A stretch of 64,000 bases of DNA from Isurus oxyrinchus (lineage: Eukaryota): the NCBI GenBank assembly GCA_026770705.1, contig JANJGN010000035.1:10912001-10976000 (forward strand), in the 5' to 3' direction. Both the position numbers and the translations under genes were made by a program. Below the pieces are notes generated by a model. The model did not search any database and was not told the DNA's origin. It saw only the letters and a list, made by a program, of their open reading frames with translations. Shown one piece after another: positions 10,588 to 24,254 of this stretch (the stretch's first letter is position 1; every line of letters begins with the position of its first letter).

Positions 10588-11840
10588 GACTCATTACCCA
10601 GGGTCTCTTTGCCCAGGGCCTCAATACACAGGGTCTCTATTCCCCTGGGTCTCTTTACCCAGGGTCCCTTTTCCAGGTCCAGTCACCCAGGGTCACTTTT
10701 CTCCTGGGAATCATTACCTGGGTTTACTTTTCCCCTGGGCCTCTTTACCAAGGGTCTCTTTTCCCCTGGGCCGCTTTACCCAGGATCTCTTTTACAAGGG
10801 GCCTCTTTACCCCAGGTCTCTCTTACCCTGGGCCTATTTACGGATGGTCTCTTTTCCGATGGGCATCTTTACCCCGAGTCTATTTTCCGCTGGGCCTCTT
10901 TTCCCAGGGTTTCTTTTCCCCTGGGCCTATTTAGCCTAGGTCTCTTTTCCTCTCGGCCTCAATATTCAGAGTCTCTTTTCCACTGGGCCTCATTACTCAG
11001 GGGCTCTCTCCCCATGGGTCTCTTTACCCAGGGTTTCCTTTCCACTGTGACTCATTACCCAGGGTCTCTTTACGCAGGGCATCATTACCCAGGGTCTCTT
11101 TTCCCCTGAGCCTCATTACCCAGTGGCTCTGTCCCCATGGGTCTCTTTACCCAGGGTCTCTTTTCCGCTGGGAATCTTTACCAAGGGTCTCTTTACTCAG
11201 AGCTTCTTTGCCCAGGGTCTCTTTTGCCCCGTGCCTCTTTACCCAGCGTTTTTTTTTCCGAGGGGCATCTTTACCCAGGGTCGCTTTTCCCCTGGGCCTC
11301 TTTACCCTGGGTCACTTTTCCTCTCGGCCTCTATATTCAGAGTTTCTTTTACTCTGAGGCCTCATTACCAGGGTTTATTTTCCCCTCGGCCTCTTTACCC
11401 AGAGTCTCTTTTCCCCTGGGCCTCATTACACAGGTGCTCTCTCCACATGGGTCCTTTTACTCAGGGTGTCATTTACGCTGGGAGAATTTACCCAGGGTCT
11501 CTTTTCCCAGGGCATCTTTACCAGCGTCAATTTTCCCCTGGGCCACTTTTCCAAGGGTCTCTATTCCCCTGTGTCTCAATAAGCAGGGTCACTTTTCCTG
11601 GGCCTCTTTAGCCAGGGTCGCTTTTCCCATGGGCTTCTTTACCAGTGTTTCCTTTCCCCTGGACCTCTTTACACAGGGTCTCTTTTCCCCTGGGCATCTT
11701 TACCCAGTGTCTCTTTTCCCTGGGCCTCTTTACTCGGGATCTCTTTTCACCAGTTCCTCTTTACCCAGGGTCTCTTTTACGAGGGACTTCTTTTCCCATC
11801 TTCTCGTTTCCCCTGGGCCTCTTTACCCAGGGTCTCTTTT

Positions 11841-12398
11841 CATCTGCACCTGTTTACCCAGGGTCTCTTTTCCCCTGCACCTGTTTACCCAGGGTCTCTT
11901 TTCCCCTGCACCTGTTTACCCAGGGTCTCTTTTCATCTGCACCTCTTTACCCAGGGTCTCTTTTCATCTGCACCTGTTTACCCAGGGTCTCTTTTCCCCT
12001 GCACCTGTTTACCCAGGGTCTCTTTTTATCTGCACCTGTTTACCCAGGGTCTCTTTTCCCCTGCACCTGTTTACCCAGGGTCTCTTTTCCCCTGCAACTC
12101 TTTACTCAGGGTCTCTTTTCATCTGCACCTATTTACCCAGGGTCTCTTTTCCCCTGCACCTGTTTACCCAGGGTCTCTTTTCATCTGCACCTGTTTACCC
12201 AGGGTCTCTTTTCCCCTGCACCTGTTTACCCAGGGTCTCTTTTCATCTGCACCTCTTTAGCCAGGGTCTCTTTTCATCTGCACCTGTTTACCCAGGGTCT
12301 CTTTTCCCCTGCACCTGTTTACCCAGGGTCTCTTTTCATCTGCACCTGTTTACCCAGGGTGTCTTTTCCCCTGCATCTGTTTACCCAGGGTCTCTTTT
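11841..12398 (+). repeat. Homogeneous variant sub-array (CATCTGCACCTGTTTACCCAGGGTCTCTTTT and CCCCTGCAC form), 18 units
   Basis: 558 bp = 18 x 31. Confidence 0.93.
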
Positions 12399-14260
12399 GC
12401 CTCGGCCTCTTTAACCAGTGGCTCTTTCCCAATGGGTCTCTGTAACCTAGGTCTCTTTTCCGCTGGGCCACTTTACACAGGGTCTCTTTTCCCCTTGGCC
12501 TCTTTAACCAGAGTCTCTTTTCCCCTGGGCCTCATTACCCAGTGTCTCTTTCCCCATGGGTCTATTTACCCTGGGTCTCTATTCTGCTGGGACACTTTAC
12601 CCAGGCTCTCTTTACCCAGGGCCTCTTTACCCAGGGTCTCTTTTCCCTGAGGGCCTCCTTACCCAGGGTCTCTTTTCCCCTGGGCCTCATTACCCTGGGT
12701 CTCCTTTCCCCATGGCCTCTTTACCCAGGGTCTCTATTCCCCTGGGCCTCTTTATCCAGGGTCTATTTTCCCCTGGGCCTCATTACCCAGGATCGCTTTT
12801 CCCCTGGGTCTCTTCAACCCGGGACTCTTTTCCGCAGGGCCTCCTTACCCAGTGTCTCTATTCCCCTGGACATCTTTTCCCAGGGTCACTTTTCTCCTGG
12901 GGCTCTTTACCCGGGGTTACTTTTCACCTGGGCCTCTTTACCAAGGGTTTCTTTTCCCCTGGGCCTCTTTACCCAGGGTCTTTTTTCCCCGGGGCTCTTT
13001 ACCCGGGGTCTCTTTTACCCTGGACCTCTTTAGCCAGGATCTCTTTTCCGAGGGTCCTGTTTACCCAGGGTCTCTTTTCCCCTGCACCTGTTTACCCAGG
13101 GTCTCTTTTCATCTGCACCTCTTTACCCAGGGTCTCTTTTCATCTGCACCTGTTTACCCAGGGTCTCTTTTCCCCTGCACCTGTTTACCCAGGGTCTCTT
13201 TTTATCTGCACCTGTTTACCCAGGGTCTCTTTTCCCCTGCACCTGTTTACCCAGGGTCTCTTTTCCCCTGCAACTCTTTACTCAGGGTCTCTTTTCATCT
13301 GCACCTATTTACCCAGGGTCTCTTTTCCCCTGCACCTGTTTACCCAGGGTCTCTTTTCATCTGCACCTGTTTACCCAGGGTCTCTTTTCCCCTGCACCTG
13401 TTTACCCAGGGTCTCTTTTCATCTGCACCTCTTTAGCCAGGGTCTCTTTTCATCTGCACCTGTTTACCCAGGGTCTCTTTTCCCCTGCACCTGTTTACCC
13501 AGGGTCTCTTTTCATCTGCACCTGTTTACCCAGGGTGTCTTTTCCCCTGCATCTGTTTACCCAGGGTCTCTTTTGCCTCGGCCTCTTTAACCAGTGGCTC
13601 TTTCCCAATGGGTCTCTGTAACCTAGGTCTCTTTTCCGCTGGGCCACTTTACACAGGGTCTCTTTTCCCCTTGGCCTCTTTAACCAGAGTCTCTTTTCCC
13701 CTGGGCCTCATTACCCAGTGTCTCTTTCCCCATGGGTCTATTTACCCTGGGTCTCTATTCTGCTGGGACACTTTACCCAGGCTCTCTTTACCCAGGGCCT
13801 CTTTACCCAGGGTCTCTTTTCCCTGAGGGCCTCCTTACCCAGGGTCTCTTTTCCCCTGGGCCTCATTACCCTGGGTCTCCTTTCCCCATGGCCTCTTTAC
13901 CCAGGGTCTCTATTCCCCTGGGCCTCTTTATCCAGGGTCTATTTTCCCCTGGGCCTCATTACCCAGGATCGCTTTTCCCCTGGGTCTCTTCAACCCGGGA
14001 CTCTTTTCCGCAGGGCCTCCTTACCCAGTGTCTCTATTCCCCTGGACATCTTTTCCCAGGGTCACTTTTCTCCTGGGGCTCTTTACCCGGGGTTACTTTT
14101 CACCTGGGCCTCTTTACCAAGGGTTTCTTTTCCCCTGGGCCTCTTTACCCAGGGTCTTTTTTCCCCGGGGCTCTTTACCCGGGGTCTCTTTTACCCTGGA
14201 CCTCTTTAGCCAGGATCTCTTTTCCGAGGGTCCTGTTTACCCAGGGTCTCTTTTCCCCTG
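11880..14260 (+). repeat. Tandem duplication, 1176-bp period
   Basis: 11880-13084 recurs at 13056-14260; identical ORF translations offset by 1176 (12432/13608, 12542/13718). Confidence 0.92.
13079..13574 (+). repeat. TGCAC-variant sub-array, 16 units
   Basis: 496 bp = 16 x 31. Confidence 0.9.
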
Positions 14261-14994
14261 GGCTTCTTTTCCGAGGGGCATCTTTACCCCGAGTCTATGT
14301 TCCCCTGGGCCTCTTTACCCAGGGTTTCTTTTCCCCTGGGCCTGTTTACCCAAGGTCTCTTTTCCTCCTGGCCTCAATATTCAGGGTGTCTTTTAACCCG
14401 GGCATCATTACCCAGGATCTCTTTTCCCCTCGGCCGCTTTACACAGAGTATCTTTTCTGCTGGGCCTCATTACCCAGGGGCTCTCTCCCCATGGATCTGT
14501 TTACCCTAGGCCTCTTTTCCATTGGGACTCTTTACCCAGGGTCTCTTTATCCAGGGCCTCTTTTCCCCCTGGCCTATTTACCCAGGGTTTCTTTTCTGAA
14601 GGGCCTCTTTACGTAGAGTCTCTATTCCCCTGGACCTCTTTACCCTGGGTTTCATTTCCCCTGGGCCTCTTTACCCAAGGTCACTTTTCCTCTCGGCCTC
14701 TATATTCAGAGTGTCTTTTACCTTGGGCCTCATTACTCAGGGGCTATTTTCCCCTCGGCCGCTTTACCCAGATTCTCTTTTCCCCTGGGCCTCATTACCC
14801 AGGGGCTCTCTGCCCATGGGTTTCTTTACCCTGGGTCCCATTTCCACTGGGACAATTTACCCAGTGTCTCATTTCCCTAGGCCTCTTTACCAAGGGAGTC
14901 TTTCCCCTGGGCCTCTTTACCAGTGTCTCCTTTCCCCTGGGCCTCTTTACCAGTGTCTCCTTTCCCCTGGGCCTCTTTACCCAGGATCTCTTTT

Positions 14995-15360
14995 ACCTTG
15001 GGCCAATTTACGGATCGTCTCTTTTCCGAGGGGCATCTTTACCCCGGGTCTCTTTTACACTGGGCCTATTTACAGATGGTCTTTTTTCCGAGGGGCATCT
15101 TTACCCCGGGTCTCTTTTACCCTGGGCCTATTTACAGATGGTCTCTTTTCCAAGGGGCATCTTTACCCCGGGTCTCTTTTACCCTGGGCCTATTTACGGA
15201 TGGTCTCTTTTCCAAGGGGCATCTTTACCCCGGGTCTCTTTTACCCTGGGCCTATTTACAGATGGTCTCTTTTCTGAGGGGCATCTTTACCCCGGGTCTC
15301 TTTTACCCTGGGCCTATTTACGGATGGTCTCTTTTCTGAGGGGCATCTTTACCCCGGGTC
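14995..15360 (+). repeat. 62-bp dimer sub-array (GAGGGGCATCTTTACCCCGGGTCTCTTTTACCCTGGGCCTATTTACRGATGGTCTCTTTTCC)
   Basis: RAGGGGCATC starts at 15028, 15090, 15152, 15214, 15276 and 15338 (62-bp spacing). Confidence 0.9.
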
Positions 15361-16845
15361 TATTTTCCGCTGGGCCTCTTTTCCCATGGTTTCTTTTCCC
15401 CTGCGCCTATTTACCCTGTGTCTCTTTTCCTCTCGGCTTCAATATGCAGGGTCTCTTTTCCCCTCGGCATCATTACTCAGGGGTTCTCTCCCCATGGGTC
15501 TCTTTACCCAGGGTTTCTTTTCCACTGGGACTCTTTACACAGGGTCTCTTTACCCAGGGCTTCTTTGCCCAGGGTCTCTTTTCCCCTGGGCCTCTTTACC
15601 CTGTGTCTCTATTCCCCTGGGCCTCTTTACCCAGTGTCTCTATTCCCCTGGGCCTCTTTACCCTGGGTTTCTTTTCCCCTGGGCCTGTTTACCCAAGGTC
15701 ACTTTTCCTCTCGGACTCTATATTCAGAGTGTCTTTTACCTTGGGACTCATTACTCAGGGTCTATTTTCCCCTCGGCCGCTTTACCCAGAGTCGCTTTTC
15801 CCCTGGGCCTCATTACCCAGGGGCTCTCTCCACATGGGTTTCTTTACCCTGGGTTCCATTTCCACTGGGACAATTTACCCAGTGTTTCTTTCCCTAAGCC
15901 TCTTTACTAAGAGTGTCTTTTCCCCTGGGCCTCATTACCGGTGTCTCCTTTCCCCTGGGCCTCTTTACCAGTGTCTCCTTTCCCCTGGGCCTCTTTACCA
16001 GTGTCTCCTTTCCCCTGGGCCTCTTTACCCAGGGTCTCTATTCCACTGGGCCAATTTATCAGGACCTCTTTTCCCTGGGCCTCTTTATTAGGGGCCTCTT
16101 TTCACGTGTTCCTCTTTACCCAGGGTCTCTTTTACGAGGGACCTCTTTTCCCTTGGTCACTTTTCCCCTGGTCCTCTTTACGCAGGGTCTCTTTTCCGAG
16201 GGGCCACTTTTCGCAGCATCTCTTTTACCCTGGGCCTATTTACAGTTCGTCTCTTTTCCGAGGGGCATCTTTAAACCCGGGTCTCTCTTACCCTGGGCCT
16301 ATTTACGGTTCGTCTCTTTTCCGAGGGGCATCTTTACCCCGGGTCTATTTTCCGCTGGGCCTCTTTTCCCATGGTTTCTTTTCCCCTGGGCCTATTTACC
16401 TTAGGTCACTTTTCCTCTCGGCCTCAATATTCAGAGTCTCTTTTACGCAGGGCCTCATTACCCAGGGGCTTGTTTCCCCTCGGCCTCTTTACCCAGAGTC
16501 TCTTTTCTAGTGGGCCTCTATACACAAGGTCCCTTTTCCCCTGGGCCTCTTTACCAGTGTTTCCTTTCCCCTGGGCTTCTTTGCCCAGCGTCACTTTTCC
16601 CCTGGGCCTCTTTACCCAGGGTCTCCTTTCCCCTGGGCTTCTTTACCCAGGGTCTCCTTTCTCCTAGGCCTCTTTACCCAGCGTCTCTTTTCCGCTGGGC
16701 CAATTTACCGATGGTCTCTTTTCCCTGGGCCTATTTACTCGGTGTCTCAGTTCACCAGTTCCTCTTTACCCAGGGTCTCTTTTACGAGGGACTTCTTTTC
16801 CCATCTTCTCGTTTCCCCTGGGCCTCTTTACCCAGGGTCTCTTTT

Positions 16846-17124
16846 CATCTGCACCTGTTTACCCAGGGTCTCTTTTCATCTGCACCTGTTTACCCAGGGT
16901 CTCTTTTCATCTGCACCTGTTTACCCAGGGTCTCTTTTCATCTGCACCTGTTTACCCAGGGTCTCTTTTCATCTGCACCTGTTTACCCAGGGTCTCTTTT
17001 CATCTGCACCTGTTTACCCAGGGTCTCTTTTCATCTGCACCTCTTTAGCCAGGGTCTCTTTTCATCTGCACCTGTTTACCCAGGGTCTCTTTTCCCCTGC
17101 ACCTGTTTACCCAGGGTCTCTTTT
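16846..17124 (+). repeat. TGCAC-variant sub-array, 9 units
   Basis: 279 bp = 9 x 31. Confidence 0.9.
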
Positions 17125-19254
17125 GCCTCGGCCTCTTTAACCAGTGGCTCTTTCCCAATGGGTCTCTGTAACCTAGGTCTCTTTTCTGCTGGGCCACTTT
17201 ACACAGGGTCTCTTTTCCCCTTGGCCTCTTTAACCAGAGTCTCTTTTCCCCTGGGCCTCATTGCCCAGTGTCTCTTTCCCCATGGGTCTATTTAACCTGG
17301 GTCTCTATTCTGCTGGGACACTTTACCCATGGTCTCTTTACCCAGGGCCTCTTTACCCAGGGTCTCTTTTCCCTGAGGGCCTCCTTACCCAGGGTCTCTT
17401 TTCCCCTGGGGTTCATTACCCTGGGTCTCCTTTCCCCGTGGCCTCTTTACCCAGGGTCTCTATTCCCCTGGGCCTCTTTATCCAGGGTCTATTTTCCCCT
17501 GGGCCTCATTACCCAGGATCGCTTTTCCCCTGGGTCTCTTCAACCCGGGACTCTTTTCCGCTGGGCCTCCTTACCCAGTGTCTCTATTCCCCTGGACATC
17601 TTTTCCCAGGTTCACTTTTCTCCTGGGGCTCTTTACCCGGGGTTACTTTTCACCTGGGCCTCTTTACCAAGGGTTTCTTTTCCCCTGGGCCTCTTTACCC
17701 AGGGTCTTTTTTCCCCGGGGCTCTTTACCCGGGGTCTCTTTTACCCTGGACCTCTTTAGCCAGGATCTCTTTTCCGAGGTTCCTGTTTACCCAGGGTCTC
17801 TTTTCCCCTGGGCTTCTTTTCCGAGGGGCATCTTTACCCCGAGTCTATGTTCCCCTGGGCCTCTTTACCCAGGGTTTCTTTTCCCCTGGGCCTGTTTACC
17901 CAAGGTCTCTTTTCCTCCTGGCCTCAATATTCAGGGTGTCTTTTAACCCGGGCATCATTACCCAGGATCTCTTTTCCCCTCGGCCGCTTTACACAGAGTA
18001 TCTTTTCTGCTGGGCCTCATTACCCAGGGGCTCTCTCCCCATGGATCTGTTTACCCTAGGTCTCTTTTCCATTGGGACTCTTTACCCAGGGTCTCTTTAC
18101 CCAGGTCCTCTTTTCCCCCTGGCCTATTTACCCAGGGTTTCTTTTCTGAAGGGCCTCTTTACGTAGAGTCTCTATTCCCCTGGACCTCTTTACCCTGGGT
18201 TTCATTTCCCCTGGGCCTGTTTACCCAAGGTCACTTTTCCTCTCGGCCTCTATATTCAGAGTGTCTTTTACCTTGGGCCTCATTACTCAGGGGCTATTTT
18301 CCCCTCGGCCGCTTTACCCAGATTCTCTTTTCCCCTGGGCCTCATTACCCAGGGGCTCTCTGCCCATGGGTTTCTTTACCCTGGGTCCCATTTCCACTGG
18401 GACAATTTACCCAGTGTCTCATTTCCCTAGGCCTCTTTACCAAGGGAGTCTTTCCCCTGGGCCTCTTTACCAGTGTCTCCTTTCCCCTGGGCCTCTTTAC
18501 CAGTGTCTCCTTTCCCCTGGGCCTTTTTACCAGTGTCTCCTTTCCCCTGGGCCTCTTTACCCAGGATCTCTTTTACCCTGGGCCTATTTACGGATGGTCT
18601 CTTTTCCAAGGGGCATCTTTACCCCGGGTCTCTTTTACCCTGGGCCTATTTACAGATGGTCTCTTTTCTGAGGGGCATCTTTACCCCGGGTCTCTTTTAC
18701 CCTGGGCCTATTTACGGATGGTCTCTTTTCTGAGGGGCATCTTTACCCCGGGTCTATTTTCCGCTGGGCCTCTTTTCCCATGGTTTCTTTTCCCCTGCGC
18801 CTATTTACCCTAGGTCCCTTTTCCTCTCGGCCTCAATATTCAGAGTCTCTTTTACGCAGGGCCTCATTACCCAGGGGCTTGTTTCCCCTCGGCCTCTTTA
18901 CCCAGAGTCTCTTTTCTACTGGGCCTCTATACACAAGGTCCCTTTTCCCCTGGGCCTCTTTACCAGTGTTTCCTTTCCCCTGGGCCTCTTTGCCCAGCGT
19001 CACTTTTCCCCTGGGCCTCTTTACCCAGGGTCTCCTTTCCCCTGGGCTTCTTTACCCAGGGTCTCCTTTCCCCTAGGCCTCTTTACCCAGTGTCTCTTTT
19101 CCGCTGGGCCAATTTACCGATGGTCTCTTTTCCCTGGGCCTCTTTACTCGGGATCTCTTTTCACCAGTTCCTCTTTACCCAGGGTCTCTTTTACGAGGGA
19201 CTTCTTTTCCCATCTTCTCGTTTCCCCTGGGCCTCTTTACCCAGGGTCTCTTTT

Positions 19255-19533
19255 CCCCTGCACCTGTTTACCCAGGGTCTCTTTTCCCCTGCACCTGTTT
19301 ACCCAGGGTCTCTTTTCATCTGCACCTGTTTACCCAGGGTCTCTTTTCATCTGCACCTCTTTACCCAGGGTCTCTTTTCATCTGCACCTGTTTACCCAGG
19401 GTCTCTTTTCATCTGCACCTGTTTACCCAGGGTCTCTTTTCCCCTGCACCTGTTTACCCAGGGTCTCTTTTCATCTGCACCTGTTTACCCAGGGTCTCAT
19501 TTCATCTGCACCTGTTTACCCAGGGTCTCTTTT
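19255..19533 (+). repeat. TGCAC-variant sub-array, 9 units
   Basis: 279 bp = 9 x 31. Confidence 0.9.
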
Positions 19534-22500
19534 GCCTCGGCCTCTTTAACCAGTGGCTCTTTCCCAATGGGTCTCTGTAACCTAGGTCTCTTTTCCGCTG
19601 GGCCACTTTACACAGAGTCTCTTTTCCCCTTGGCCTCTTTAACCAGAGTCTCTTTTCCCTGGGCCTCATTGCCCAGTGTCTCTTTCCCCATGGGTCTATT
19701 TAACCTGGGTCTCTATTCTGCTGGGTCACTTTACCCAGGCTCTCTTTACCCAGGGGCTCTTTACCAATGGTCTCTTTTCCCTGAGGGCCTCCTTACCTAG
19801 GGACACTTTTCCCCATGGGCCTCATTACCCAGTGGCTTTCTCCCCATGGGTCTCTTTACCCAGGGTCTATTTTCCGCTGGGACTCTTTCCCAAAGGCCTC
19901 CTTACCCAGGGTATCTTTACCCGGGGCCTCATTACCCAGGGTCCCTTTTCCCCTCAGCTTATTTACCCAGAGTCTCTTTCCCCTGGGCCTCATTACCCAG
20001 GGGCTCTCTCCCCATGAGTCTCTTTACCCAGGGTCTCTTTTCCGCTGGGACTCTTTACCAACCGTCTCTTTACCCAGGGCTTCTTTGCCTAGGGTCTCTT
20101 TTCCCTCGGGCCTCTTTACCCAGGGTTTCTTTTCTGAAGGGCCTCTTTACACAGAGTTTCTATTCCGCTGGACCTCTTTACCCTCGGTTTCTTTTCCAAT
20201 GGGCCTGTTTACCCAAGGGCTCTTTTCCTCTCGGCCTCTACATTCAGAGTGTCTTTTACTCGGAGGCCTCATTACCCAGGGTCTCTTTACCCCTCGGCCT
20301 CTTTACCCAGAGTCTCTTTTCCCCTGGGCCTCGTTACCCAGGTGCTCTCTCCACATGGGTCTCCATACCCAGGGTCTCATTTAAGTTTGAAGAACTTACC
20401 CAGGGTCTCTTTACCCAGGGCATCTTTATCCAGGGTCTCTTATGCCCTGGGCCTCTTTACCAGTGTCTCCTTTCCACTGGGCCAATTTACCCAGGTTCTC
20501 TTTTCCCTGGGCCGCTATACTCGGTGTCTCATTTCACCTGTTCCTCTTGACCCTGGGTCTCTTTTACGAGGGACATCTTTTCCCTCGGTCTATTTTCCCC
20601 GGGCATCTTTACACAGGATCTCTCCTCCCCTGTGTCTATTTTCCCAGGATCTCTTTTCCACTGTGCCTCATTACCATGGGTCTCTTTTCCCCTGGGCCTC
20701 TTTACCCAGGGTCTCTTTTCCCTGCGCCTCTTAACTCAGGGTCTATTTTCCCCTGGGCCTCTTTACCCAGGGTCTCTTTTCCCTGCGCCTCTTAACTCAG
20801 GGTCTATTTTCCCCTGGGCCTCTTTACCCTGGGTTTCTTTTCCCCTGGGCCTGTTTACCCAAAGTCTCTTTTCCTCTCGGCCTCTATATTGAGAGTGTCT
20901 TTTACTCTGAGGCCTCTTACCCACGGTCTATATTCCCCTTGGCCTCTTTACCCTGAGTCTTTCCTACCCCTGGGCCTCATTACCCAGGGGCTCTCTCCAC
21001 ATGGGTCTCTTTACCCAGTGTTTCATTTACGCTGGTAGAATTTACCCAGGATCTCTTTTCCCCTGTGTCTATTTTCCCAGGATCTCTTTTCCCCTGGGCC
21101 TCATTACCATGGGTCTCTTTTCCCCTGGGCCTCTTTACCCAGGGTCTCTTTTCCCTGGGCCTCTTTACCCAGAATCTCTTATCCCCGTGCATCTTTACCC
21201 AGGGTCTCTTTTCCCCTGCGCCTGTTTACCCAGGGTCTCTCTTCCGTTGGGCCTCGTTACCCAGGATCTCTATTCCCCTTGGCCTCTTTAACCAGAGTGT
21301 TTTTACCCCTGGGACTCATTACCCAGTGGCACTATCCCCATGGGTCTCTTTACCCTGGGTCCCTTTTCCCCTGGGCCTCATTAGCCAGGGTCTCTTTACA
21401 CAGGGCCTCTTTACCCAAGGTCTCTATTCCCTGTGGGCCTCCTTACCCAGGGACTCTTTTCCCCTAGGCCTCTTTACCCAGGGTTTCCTTTCCCCTGGGC
21501 CTATTGACCCAGGGTCACTTTTCTCCTCAGACACTTTACCCGGGGTTACTTTCCATCTGGGCCTCTTTATCCAGGGTCTCTTGTCCTCTTGGCCTATTTA
21601 CCAGGGCCTCTTTTCCTCTGGGCCTATTTACCCAGGGTCTCTTTTCTGAGGGGCATCTCTACCCCGAGTCTATTTTACCCTGGGCCCCTTTTCCCTGGGT
21701 TTCTTTACCCCTGGGCCTGTTTACCCTAGGTCTCTTTTCCTCTCGGCCTCTATATTCAGAGTGTCTTTTACCCTGGGCCTCATTACCCAGGGTCTCTTTT
21801 CCTCTCGGCCTCTATATTCAGAGTGTCTTTTAACGTGGGCCTCATGATCCAGGGTCTCTTTTCCACTCGGCCTCTTTACCCTCAGTCTGTTTTCCTCTGG
21901 GCCCCATTACCCAGGGGCTCTCTCCACATGGGTCTCTTTACCCAGGGTCTCTTTTCCACTCGGACTCTTTACCCTCAGTCTCTTTTCCTCTGGGCCCCAT
22001 TACCCAGGGGCTCTCTCCACATGGGTCTCTTTACCCAGGGTCTCATTTCCGCTGGGCCTCTTTACCCAGGGTTTCTATTCCCCTGGTCCTCTTTACCCGG
22101 GGTCTCTTTTCCCCTGGGCTTCTTTTGCGAGGGGTTTCTTTACCCCGAGTCTATGTTCCCCTGGGCCTATTTACCCAGGGTTTCTTTTCCCCTGGGCCTG
22201 TATACCCAAGGTCTCTTTTCCTCCTGGCCTCAATATTCAGGGTGTCTATTACCCTGGGCCTCCTTACCCAGGGGGTCTTTTCCCCTCGGCCGCTTTACAC
22301 AGAGTATCTTTTCCGCTGGGCCTCATTACTCAGGGGCTCTCTCCCCATGGGTCTCTTTAACAAGGTCTCCTTTCCACTGGGACCTTTTACCCAGGGTCTC
22401 TTTACCCAGGGCCTCTTTACCCAGGGTCTCTTTTCCCCTGGGCCTCATTACCCAGTGAATGTCTCCCCATGGGTTTCTTTACCTGGGTCCCATTTCCACT

Positions 22501-24254
22501 GGGACAGTTTACCCAGTGTCTCTTTTCCCTAGGCCTTTTTACCAAGTGTCTCTTTTCCTCGGAGCCTCTTTACCAGTGTTTCCTTTCCCCTGGGCCTCTT
22601 TACCCAGGGTCTCTTTGCCACGGGGACAATTTATCAGGATCTCTTTTCCCTGGACCTCTTTATTAGCGTTCTCTTTTCACGTGTTCCTCTTTACCCAAGA
22701 TCTCTCTTATGAGGGGCCTCTTTTCCCAGGGTCTCTTTCCCCCTGGGCCTCTTTACCCAGGGTCTCATTTCCCCTGGGACTCTTTTCGCAGGGTCTCTTT
22801 TCCCTGGGCCTCTTCACCCAGGGTCTCTTTTCCAAGGGGCCTCTTTAGCCAGGGTTTCTTTTCCAAGGGGCCTCTTTACCCGGGGTCTCTTTTACCCTGG
22901 GCCTATTTATGCATGGTCTCTTTTCCAAGGGGCCTCTTTACCCCGGGTCTCTTTTACCCTGAGCCTATTTAAGCATGGTCTCTTTTCCAAGAGGCCTATT
23001 TACCCTGAGTCTATTTTCCGCTGGGCCTCTTTTCCCAGGGTTTCTTTTCCCCTGGGCCTGTTTACCCTAGGCCTCTTTTCCTCTCGGCCTCAATTTTCAG
23101 AGTCTCTTTTACCCTGGGCCTCATTAAATAGGGGCTTCTTTCCCCTTGACCTCTTTACGCAGAGTCTCTTTTCCACTGGGCCTCATTACCCAGGGTCTCT
23201 CTCCCCATGGGTCACTTTACCCGGGGTTTCATTTGCACTGGGGTTCATTACCAAGGGTCTCTTTACCCAGGGCATCATTACCCAGGGTCTGTTTTCCCCT
23301 GCACCTGATAACCCAGGGTCCCTCTTCCGCAGGGCCTCTTTACCCAGGATCTCTATTCCCCTTGGCCTCTTTAACCAGAGTGTCTTTTCCCCTGGGCCTA
23401 TTTACCTTAGGTCACTTTTCCTCTCGGCCTCAATATTCAGAGTCTCTTTTACGCAGGGCCTCTTTACCCTGGGTCTCTTTTCCCTTGGGCCACTTTTCGA
23501 AGGATCTCTTTTACCCTGGGCCTATTAACGGTTCGTCTCTTTTCCGAGGGGCACCTTTACCCCAGGTCTCTCTTACCCTGGGCCTATTTACGGATGGTCT
23601 CTTTTCCGTGGGGCATCTTTACCCCGGGTCACTCTTACCCTGGACCTATTTACGGATGGTCTCTTTTCCGAGGGGTATCTTTACCCCGGGTCTCTCTTAC
23701 CCTGGGCCTATTTACAGATGGTCTCTTTTCCGAGGGGCATCTTTACCCCGGGTCTATTTTCCGCTGGGCCTCTTTTCCCAGGGTTTCTTTTCCCCAGGGC
23801 CTATTTTCCTTTGGTCACTTTTCCTCTCGGCCTCAATATTCAGAGTCTCTTTTACGCAGGGCCTCATTACCCAGGGGCTTGTTTCCCCTCGGCCTCTTTA
23901 CCCAGAGTCTCTTTTCTACTGGGCCTCTATACACAAGGTCCCTTTTCCCCTGGGCCTCTTTACCAGTGTTTCCTTTCCCCTGGGCTTCTTTGCCCAGCAT
24001 CACTTTTCCCCTGGGCCTCTTTACCCAGGGTCTCCTTTCCCCTGGGCTTCTTTACCCAGGGTCTCCTTTCCCCTAGGCCTCTTTACCCAGTGTCTCTTTT
24101 CCGCTGGGCCAATTTACCGATGGTCTCTTTTCCCTGGGCCTCTTTACTCGGGATCTCTTTTCACCAGTTCCTCTTTACCCAGGGTCTCTTTTACGAGGGA
24201 CTTCTTTTCCCATCTTCTCGTTTCCCCTGGGCCTCTTTACCCAGGGTCTCTTTT

